In this document: positions 39,044-46,216 of the stretch, in pieces
Numbering within the stretch: the stretch's first letter is position 1
How the letters are laid out: the number at the start of each line of letters is the position of its first letter
Source of the DNA: Thalassolituus sp.
Lineage (GTDB): Bacteria; Pseudomonadota; Gammaproteobacteria; Pseudomonadales; Oceanobacteraceae
Direction of reading: 5' to 3'
Assembly: GCA_052031325.1 (NCBI GenBank)
Contig: JBPEXS010000256.1
Span: forward strand, 1-46,216
Length of the DNA: 46,216 bases
Position numbers and translations under genes: made by a program
Notes under the pieces: model-generated
The model's database searches: none
What the model was told of the DNA's origin: nothing
The model's input: the letters and a program-made list of their open reading frames with translations, nothing else

Positions 39044-41323
39044 TCAGATCTTGCAGGCGCCGCCGGCACAGTCATCATCTTCTTTCTGGATGTCTTTCTG
39101 TGGGTCTTCCATGCCATCACGGGTATTGTGATAGTACAGGGTTTTTACGCCGTTGCGGTAAGCCGTCAGCAGGTCTTTCAAAAGCTGCTGCATCGGAACC
39201 TTATTCCCCGGGAAGCGGGAAGGGTCGTAGTTGGTGTTGGCTGAAATGGCCTGATCCACAAACTTCTGCATGATACCAACAAGTTGCAGGTAACCGGTAT
39301 TGTCCGGGATGCGCCAGAGCAGCTCGTATTGCGACTTCAGCTTCTCAAATTCAGGTACAACCTGCTTGAGGATACCGTCTTTACTCTGTTTAACGCTGAT
39401 GTAACCCCGTGGCGGCTCAATACCGTTGGTGGCGTTACTGATCTGCGATGAGGTCTCAGATGGCATCAGAGCCGTCAGGGTCGAGTTACGCAGACCGTCG
39501 GCCAGGATGTCTTTACGCAGGGCTTCCCAGTCGTAATGCAGGGGTTCATCACAGAACTTATCAACGTCTTTCTTGTAGCTGTCGATCGGCAGAATACCCT
39601 GGGCGTAGGTGGTGTCTTCGAAGGCTTCACAGGCGCCCTGTTCTTTCGCCAGCTTGTTAGAGGCTTTCAGCAGCCAGTACTGAATCGCTTCAAAGGCTTT
39701 GTGCGTAAGACCGTTGGCACTGCCGTCCGAGTACTTCACATTGTTCTTGGCCAGATAATAGGCAAAGTTGATCACACCGACACCCAACGTACGGCGTGAC
39801 AGTGAAGCTTTCTCAGCGGCGACTACCGGGTAGTCCTGATAGCTCAGCAGGCTGTCGAGCGCGCGTACGATCAGGTCAGCAAGTTCTTCGAGTTCATCCA
39901 GATTTTCCAGTGCGCCGAGGTTGAAGGCGGCGAGGGTACAGAGCGCGATTTCGCCATCCGGATCATTGATTTCTTTCAATGGCTTGGTCGGCAGAGCGAT
40001 CTCAAGGCACAGATTGGACTGACGGACCGGTGCTTTTTTCGGATTGAACGGGCTGTGGGTATTACAGTGGTCGACGTTCTGGATGTAGATACGGCCGGTG
40101 CTGGCACGTTCCTGCATCATCATCGCGAACAGGTCGACGGCCTTGATGACCTTCTTACGGATACTGTCATCGGCTTCGTACTTAACGTACAGCTGCTCAA
40201 AGCGTTCCTGATCTTCAAAGAAGGCGTCGTACAGGCCCGGCACATCGCTTGGCGAGAACAGGGTAATGTTGCCATTTTTGATCATGCGCTCGTACATCAG
40301 CTTGTTCAGCTGCACACCATAGTCGAGGTGACGTACGCGGTTTTCTTCCACGCCGCGGTTGTTCTTCAGTACCAGCAGGCTTTCCACTTCGTAGTGCCAG
40401 ATCGGGTAGAACAGAGTCGCTGCACCACCACGCACACCGCCCTGAGAACAGGACTTAACGGCGGTCTGGAAGTGCTTATAGAAAGGAATACAGCCGGTGT
40501 GGAAGGCTTCACCTCCACGAATCGGGCTGCCCAGTGCACGGATTCGTCCGCCATTGATGCCGATACCGGCACGCTGGGACACGTATTTGATGATGGCACC
40601 CGCAGTGGCATTAATGGAATCCAGACTATCGCCGGCTTCGATCAGTACGCAGGAGCTGAACTGGCGGGTCGGGGTGCGGACGCCGGCCATGATCGGTGTT
40701 GGCAGCGACAGCTTAAAGGTCGATACGGCGTCGTAGAAGCGTCTGATGTAATCAAGACGGCGTTCTTTGTCGTACGCAGAGAACAGACAGGCGGCAATCA
40801 GTACATAGAGAAACTGGGCGCTCTCGAATACCTGGCCGGTCACCCGGTTCTGCACCAGATACTTGCCTTCCAGTTGTTTTACGGCGGCATAGCTGAAATT
40901 GAGGTCACGGCTGTGATCGATGAAGTCGTTCATCGCCGCAAACTCTTCTTCGGTGTAGTCGCTCAGCAAGTGCTCGTCGTAGCGTTCGTTTTTGACCATC
41001 CACTTGACGTGATCAATCAGCGCCGGTGGCTCAAAACGGCCGTAGGCTTTTTTGCGCAGGTGGAAAATGTTCAGGCGGGCGGCCATGTACTGGTAGTCCG
41101 GCACCTCTTCCGAGATGAGGTCAGCCGCGGCCTTGATCAGGGTTTCGTGAATTTCAGACGTCTGGATGCCATCGAAGAACTGCAGGTGAGCTCGCAGCTC
41201 GACCTCAGAAACAGACACCTTATCCAGCCCGTCTGCAGCCCATTCCACCACCTTGTGGATTTTATCGAGATTCAGTGGTTCCTGAGTGCCGTCACGCTTA
41301 GTGACTTTGAGCGTTGAGTTCAT
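39044..41323 (-). CDS. nrdA: Class Ia ribonucleotide reductase alpha subunit
   Basis: ATP cone VTKRDG, SSCVL, SNLCLE, KTLYY, C-terminal CAGGAC; likely start ATG 41323. Confidence 0.98.
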   Translation of the reverse strand: MNSTLKVTKRDGTQEPLNLDKIHKVVEWAADGLDKVSVSEVELRAHLQFFDGIQTSEIHETLIKAAADLISEEVPDYQYMAARLNIFHLRKKAYGRFEPPALIDHVKWMVKNERYDEHLLSDYTEEEFAAMNDFIDHSRDLNFSYAAVKQLEGKYLVQNRVTGQVFESAQFLYVLIAACLFSAYDKERRLDYIRRFYDAVSTFKLSLPTPIMAGVRTPTRQFSSCVLIEAGDSLDSINATAGAIIKYVSQRAGIGINGGRIRALGSPIRGGEAFHTGCIPFYKHFQTAVKSCSQGGVRGGAATLFYPIWHYEVESLLVLKNNRGVEENRVRHLDYGVQLNKLMYERMIKNGNITLFSPSDVPGLYDAFFEDQERFEQLYVKYEADDSIRKKVIKAVDLFAMMMQERASTGRIYIQNVDHCNTHSPFNPKKAPVRQSNLCLEIALPTKPLKEINDPDGEIALCTLAAFNLGALENLDELEELADLIVRALDSLLSYQDYPVVAAEKASLSRRTLGVGVINFAYYLAKNNVKYSDGSANGLTHKAFEAIQYWLLKASNKLAKEQGACEAFEDTTYAQGILPIDSYKKDVDKFCDEPLHYDWEALRKDILADGLRNSTLTALMPSETSSQISNATNGIEPPRGYISVKQSKDGILKQVVPEFEKLKSQYELLWRIPDNTGYLQLVGIMQKFVDQAISANTNYDPSRFPGNKVPMQQLLKDLLTAYRNGVKTLYYHNTRDGMEDPQKDIQKEDDDCAGGACKI

Positions 41324-41449
41324 GTCTGTAATGCCTTTGTTCAAGGGGATACTGCTCCTTTAGTCCCTGAGTCTGTTCAGCCGCCAGAGGCGCTCCGGAG
41401 TGGAGGGAAGGCGGCCTAAGTAACTGACCTGCAGTAGATTTTATTCGCT

Positions 41450-41497
41450 CCACAAGATAATGCGCTGACCAGTCGAATTCAACCCCAGATATAGTGC
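41450..41497. promoter_or_regulatory. Tandem NrdR boxes
   Basis: CCACAAGATAATGCGC (41450-41465) and ACCCCAGATATAGTGC (41482-41497), 32 bp apart, upstream of nrdA. Confidence 0.8.
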
Positions 41498-41513
41498 TGT
41501 TATACCCCCGGGA

Positions 41514-41533
41514 TGTGGATAAGTTGTGCGTAT
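41514..41533. promoter_or_regulatory. DnaA boxes in the nrdA promoter
   Basis: Perfect TGTGGATAA (41514-41522) and adjacent degenerate TGTGCGTAT (41525-41533). Confidence 0.75.
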
Positions 41534-41735
41534 CCCGTTGATGGGCAGGGGGCATCCGGCGCAGAGCTACGGCCTGTCTCAGCTGCTGATAAAATACGAT
41601 GATCCGCGCCTGAAAACGACGTTCAATGTTTACTTTGTGCAACAGTGTAAATCTCGGTCTACAGTTAAGAAGAGGCTCCCTGTTCTGTAACAGGTTCAGC
41701 ATCCGACATCCAAACGGCAGCAATGGTACTTCTTC

Positions 41736-42476
41736 ATGTTAAAGACCGACCCGAATTCACAAACAGACGTTAACTGGCGGATCATGATCGTCGAAGACGA
41801 TGAGCGTCTGTCCGCTTTGACGAAGGACTATCTTGAGAGCAATGGCATGAAGGTGTCAGTCGAGGGTGACGGCAGCCGGGCCATTGAGCGCATTAAATCG
41901 GAACAGCCGGATCTGGTGGTTCTCGATCTTATGTTGCCAGGGGAAGACGGCCTGGCCGTCTGCCGTCTGGTACGACCTTACTACAAAGGCCCGATCCTGA
42001 TGCTGACAGCGCGTACGGAAGATCTGGATCAGGTTCTGGGTCTGGAGATGGGCGCCGATGATTACGTCGCCAAGCCGGTGCGGCCGCGTGTGCTGCTGGC
42101 ACGCATCCGGGCGCTGCTGCGTCGTGTCCACGACCTGCCCAACGAAGAGAAGCAGGAGATGCCTTCCTCGTCGCGCCTGACCTTTGGCAATCTGGTGGTT
42201 GACAGCTCCATGCGTGAAGCCTGGCTGGCAGGAGAGAGCATTGATCTGACCAGTGCAGAATTCGACCTGCTGTGGCTGTTATCCAGCAATGCCGGGCGGA
42301 TTCTCACCCGCGAAGAGATCTTTAATCAGTTACGCGGTATTGAATACGACGGCCAGGACCGCTCCATCGACGTGCGTGTATCGCGTATACGGCCGAAAGT
42401 CGGTGATGACCCGATGAACCCGCGCCGTATCAAAACGGTGCGCAGCAAGGGCTACCTGTTCGTAAAAGAACTCTGA
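41736..42476 (+). CDS. rstA: OmpR-family response regulator (RstA/BfmR type)
   Basis: IVEDD, LDLMLPG, GADDYVAKP, RSIDVRVSRIRPK..DD...P.RIKTVRSKGYLF. Confidence 0.85.
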   Translation: MLKTDPNSQTDVNWRIMIVEDDERLSALTKDYLESNGMKVSVEGDGSRAIERIKSEQPDLVVLDLMLPGEDGLAVCRLVRPYYKGPILMLTARTEDLDQVLGLEMGADDYVAKPVRPRVLLARIRALLRRVHDLPNEEKQEMPSSSRLTFGNLVVDSSMREAWLAGESIDLTSAEFDLLWLLSSNAGRILTREEIFNQLRGIEYDGQDRSIDVRVSRIRPKVGDDPMNPRRIKTVRSKGYLFVKEL

Positions 42477-42524
42477 GCGGAAGCCACTGACGTTCTCTGA
42501 GGAGTAACCGCTATTTTCATCCGC

Positions 42525-44036
42525 ATGTACCTTGGGTTGGTGGCCGCTCTGGCCATCATTCTGGTCTTAAGCATTGTCTCGTTCATGCTGGTGAGCCATG
42601 TGCGCTTTCAGCAGCATGCCGCCTCCCTGAGTCAGCTGAGTACCTATCTGATTGCCCAGGAGCTTGCCCGCAACCCCGCGGGTCGCGCCAGTCTTGAAGC
42701 CCAGAGCGGTACGCTGATCACAGTGACTGACCAGCAACAACAGGCCCCGGTACTGAACGGGGGATATGCCGTTGTAATGCAGAACAGCGACAGCCATTTC
42801 AGCGTCCGCGCTGCGTTTCAGGGGACGCCTGAGATCGTCGTCCGCTACCCCGTCCCTGCTGAAACTGACACCTTTCTTGAAGCCCTGGGGCCTTTTGTCG
42901 CTGAGCAGATGCAGCAGACTCTGACTGGAGTCATCTCTCAGGAAAACCTGAAATCATATGCTTCATACAGTGGTTTTCCACTGACACTGGTTGAACAGCC
43001 CGCCAGTGCCAACGGATTGATTAAAGACTCAGGTCGTTATTATTACCGTTTCCCGTTTAACGCTGGCCAGCAGCAGATTGAGCTCGGACCTCTGGAAGCC
43101 TTTTCTACCTGGTCGCTGCCGGTGGTGATGGTTCTGCTGATCAGTGCTCTGATGCTGACCGGTCTTGGGCTTTACCGCTCGGTTACCAGTTTTGAAACCC
43201 GTCTGCGCAAATTGCAACAGGCCACGACCCGACTGGCGCAGGGGCATCTGAACGCCCGGGTCAGCACCCGTGGGCAGGATCAGGTCAGTCAGCTGGGTGG
43301 GGCCTTCAACAAGATGGCTGAGCACATTCAGCGGCTGATGGATATTCAGCGGGAAATGATACGGGCGGTATCCCATGAATTGCGTACCCCGGTAGCGCGG
43401 ATCCGCTTCGCGGCTCAGCTGATCGAAGATACGGTGATGGATGACCCCTTTGTGACGAAACAGCTTGCCGGTATGGACTCGGATATTCAGGAACTGGATA
43501 CCCTGATCGATGAAATCCTGACCTATGCCCGGCTGGAAGAAGGTGGGCCGGTACTCGATTTCCAGGCCGTCAACGTTGCCGAAATCGCCGAGCAGGTCGT
43601 TGGTGAAGCCCGTCCGCCTAAAGACGTCACAACCAGTTATGGTGGCGATGAACCGGATAAATTTCCGGCCTCCGAAGCGGAACCCCGGTATGTACACCGG
43701 GCGATTCAGAATCTGGTCGGAAATGCCGGGCGCTATGCGTCTTCTACCGTGATTGTTACCTGCAGTGTGGCGGATGATATCTGCCGCGTGGATGTGGAGG
43801 ACGATGGCCCAGGAATCCCGGAAGAGGATTGGGATCGTGTATTCAGCGCCTTTGCCCGTCTGGATGACAGTCGGACCAGGGCGTCTGGCGGTTATGGTCT
43901 GGGCCTGTCAATTGTGCGTCGCATTATGTTCTGGCACGGCGGGCGGGCCATGGTCAGCCGCAGCGAGTTGCTGGGTGGTGCTAAATTCAGTCTTATCTGG
44001 CCAAGGGTTCATGAAGAAAGCACAAGTGATGCCTGA
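42525..44036 (+). CDS. rstB: Sensor histidine kinase (RstB/BfmS type)
   Basis: 2 TM, HAMP, SHELRTP H-box, NLVGNA, DDGPGI, GYGLGL; start may lie slightly upstream. Confidence 0.85.
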   Translation: MYLGLVAALAIILVLSIVSFMLVSHVRFQQHAASLSQLSTYLIAQELARNPAGRASLEAQSGTLITVTDQQQQAPVLNGGYAVVMQNSDSHFSVRAAFQGTPEIVVRYPVPAETDTFLEALGPFVAEQMQQTLTGVISQENLKSYASYSGFPLTLVEQPASANGLIKDSGRYYYRFPFNAGQQQIELGPLEAFSTWSLPVVMVLLISALMLTGLGLYRSVTSFETRLRKLQQATTRLAQGHLNARVSTRGQDQVSQLGGAFNKMAEHIQRLMDIQREMIRAVSHELRTPVARIRFAAQLIEDTVMDDPFVTKQLAGMDSDIQELDTLIDEILTYARLEEGGPVLDFQAVNVAEIAEQVVGEARPPKDVTTSYGGDEPDKFPASEAEPRYVHRAIQNLVGNAGRYASSTVIVTCSVADDICRVDVEDDGPGIPEEDWDRVFSAFARLDDSRTRASGGYGLGLSIVRRIMFWHGGRAMVSRSELLGGAKFSLIWPRVHEESTSDA

Positions 44037-44174
44037 AAGCAGGTTGAAGCTTTGTTCAGAGCGGCCGATAAGGACTGACAGAATGCGCAATATGATATAG
44101 CACCGCTCCGATAGAAGACTTAACCTAAGCCAACTGAATATCCCTCAGAATTATACGTGTAAGGAAAGCACCTC

Positions 44175-45290
44175 ATGGGGTCACATCATCACGATATACT
44201 GCGCCGTCACGGTATGGCGGCACTCGGTATATTGTTATTTACCCTGCTTTACCTGTTCGCCTATGTCGCGACGTACGATGTTGAAGGCGATATCAGCGCT
44301 ATCTACCTGCCTGTGGTGTTCTACGTTACAGGGCATGCCCTGACCGTATTCTGTGTCTCGAAGGGTTGGTTTGATGAATCCAGGGACCCAAGCCTCACCA
44401 TCCCGGTGATGATGATGGCCATCCTTTATATGTCCTATTTCCTCTATCTGGCACCAGAGCTGCAATGGCTGGTGCTGATCAGCTACCTCAATATCATGCC
44501 TTTCGGAATCTTCTCACTGGCCTGGCGCGGTCTCCTGGGTATGACCCTGTTTGTGGTTTTCTGTTATGCCAGTGTGTTGTTTGTTCTCAGTTACCAGCAG
44601 ATGGGACTGGCTCCGGAAGTGGAGGCGCTGTCACTGATGGCCTTGCTGGCAAGCCTGCTGATTGTGGCCTTTGTGGGGCGGGAGTTTTCACTGCTGCGCC
44701 ATGCTTACCACCGAAAGAACGTTGAGCTGCGCCGTGCTCTGGGGCGCATTGAAGAGCTGGCCGTGACGGATGAGCTGACGGGGCTGAATAACCGCCGCTA
44801 CCTGTTGCGAACTCTGGAAAAGCACCGTGCCATGGCGATGCGCCAGAATATCCCGTTTGTGGTGGCCTTTATCGATATTGATCACTTTAAACAAACCAAT
44901 GACCGCTACGGTCATCGTATTGGTGATCAGGTACTGGGTGAGCTGGCTCAGCTGCTGCAGTCTTCTATTCGCGAGGTGGATCTGGCGGCCCGTTACGGCG
45001 GTGAAGAATTTATTCTGCTGTTATCCGGGTTGCGCTTGAGTACGGCTGAGCGGGTCATGGAGCGAATTCGGGAAAGCATCGAGGTACACAGTTTTTCCGA
45101 AGCCGGTCTGCATCAGACAGTCTCGGTGGGCGTGGCCGCGTATGTTCCGGATGAGGAAGCCGATGATGTGCTCAGTCGGGCTGATGCCATGCTTTACGTC
45201 GCCAAGCACGAAGGACGAAATCTGGTGCGGGTAGACCCGGCAGAGGCACCGGAACCCGATACCCCTCCAATGATGCCGGAAAGACGCTGA
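44175..45290 (+). CDS. Membrane-bound diguanylate cyclase
   Basis: About 6 TM helices; DELTGL, DIDHFK..ND..GH..GD, REVD I-site, GGEEF. Confidence 0.93.
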   Translation: MGSHHHDILRRHGMAALGILLFTLLYLFAYVATYDVEGDISAIYLPVVFYVTGHALTVFCVSKGWFDESRDPSLTIPVMMMAILYMSYFLYLAPELQWLVLISYLNIMPFGIFSLAWRGLLGMTLFVVFCYASVLFVLSYQQMGLAPEVEALSLMALLASLLIVAFVGREFSLLRHAYHRKNVELRRALGRIEELAVTDELTGLNNRRYLLRTLEKHRAMAMRQNIPFVVAFIDIDHFKQTNDRYGHRIGDQVLGELAQLLQSSIREVDLAARYGGEEFILLLSGLRLSTAERVMERIRESIEVHSFSEAGLHQTVSVGVAAYVPDEEADDVLSRADAMLYVAKHEGRNLVRVDPAEAPEPDTPPMMPERR

Positions 45291-45356
45291 TCGTTATCAG
45301 GCCCCGTCTGGCAATACTCTGTCACCGGACTCAGAAATTGCGCTCAGGTACTACCT

Positions 45357-46216
45357 TCAGGCGTGCGTCACCAACAGGAATTCCAGCAAGGCTTTCTGAG
45401 CGTGCAGACGGTTTTCGGCCTGATCCCAGACAACCGCACGCGGATCATCCAGCACGTCCATCGAGACCTCTTCGCCACGGTGTGCTGGCAGGCAATGCAT
45501 AAACACGACGTCTTCTTCTGCCTGATCCAGTAACTCAGGGGTTACCTGATAGTTGCGGAATTTACGCAGACGCTCTTCCTGTTCATCTTCCTGCCCCATG
45601 GAAGCCCAGACATCCGTGCATACCAGGTGCGCCCCCTTAACGGCTTCGGCAGGATCACGCAGCAGCGTGATCCGGTCACCGGCCTCGGCGACGATATCCG
45701 CTTTTGGATCAAAGCCCTCAGGGGCAGCGATGCGCAGGTTGAAATCAAACTGCATCGCCGCACGGATGTAGGAGTGACACATATTATTGCCATCACCAAC
45801 CCAGGCTACTGTCTTACCGGCGATGCTGCCACGATGCTCGGAAAACGTCTGCATGTCAGCCAGCAGCTGGCACGGGTGGAAATCATCCGTCAGGGCATTG
45901 ATCACAGGCACACGGGAATTGGCGGCAAACAGCTCAAGCTGGCTGTGATCGAAGGTCCGCACCATGACCACATCCAGCATACGTGACAGAACACGGGCAG
46001 CGTCTTCAATCGGTTCGCCACGACCCAACTGAGTATCCCGGGGCGACAGGAAGATGGCACTGCCCCCCAGTTGTGTCATGCCCGCTTCAAAGGACACGCG
46101 GGTACGGGTGGATGATTTCTCGAAGATCATGCCCAGAATACGGTTTTTCAGCGGCTCGTGAATGTCTCCGGCGTACTGCATGGACTTCAGTTCCATGGCA
46201 CGGCGGATGATGTGCT
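45357..46216 (-). CDS. argF: Ornithine carbamoyltransferase (5' end outside the window)
   Basis: KSSTRTR, HPCQ, SMG, HCLP, QAENR; frame stays open to the window edge. Confidence 0.95.
   Translation of the reverse strand, partial: HIIRRAMELKSMQYAGDIHEPLKNRILGMIFEKSSTRTRVSFEAGMTQLGGSAIFLSPRDTQLGRGEPIEDAARVLSRMLDVVMVRTFDHSQLELFAANSRVPVINALTDDFHPCQLLADMQTFSEHRGSIAGKTVAWVGDGNNMCHSYIRAAMQFDFNLRIAAPEGFDPKADIVAEAGDRITLLRDPAEAVKGAHLVCTDVWASMGQEDEQEERLRKFRNYQVTPELLDQAEEDVVFMHCLPAHRGEEVSMDVLDDPRAVVWDQAENRLHAQKALLEFLLVTHA

Noticed and set aside
40055-41317. 420-aa plus-strand ORF antisense to nrdA (and similar shadow ORFs over ureC, the receptor, ccoO, nrdB and rstB)
   Set aside because: Antisense shadows expected from codon bias of the real genes; no motifs recognised

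Overview
Core-chromosome window of a gammaproteobacterium (probably marine, Oceanospirillales-like; inferred from gene content only). About 50 CDS; I saw no tRNA/rRNA, mobile element, prophage or CRISPR array. Main blocks: a degenerate sensor plus pseudo-exonuclease pair; folE, murI, rbgA, bolA; a nutrient-scavenging block (Pho-box PstS-OmpA fusion, sigma54 urease operon ureDABCE-[mini-UreJ]-FG, NtrC/sigma54-driven TonB-dependent receptor); greB, ttcA; a full cbb3 oxidase cluster ccoNOQP-GHIS with FNR boxes; a WYL regulator; class Ia ribonucleotide reductase nrdA-nrdB-yfaE with NrdR and DnaA boxes; an RstAB/BfmRS-type two-component system; a GGDEF protein; and partial argF. The most striking observation is that the RNR ferredoxin YfaE carries an ~86-aa disordered N-terminal arm with up to four beta-sliding-clamp-like motifs (QAEMEL, QLEMDL, QGDLF, QIEFD), suggesting a physical tether between dNTP synthesis and the replisome. 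Second is a urease terminator that doubles as one of a pair of NtrC sites. All product calls come from motif recognition by eye; no database searches were run.
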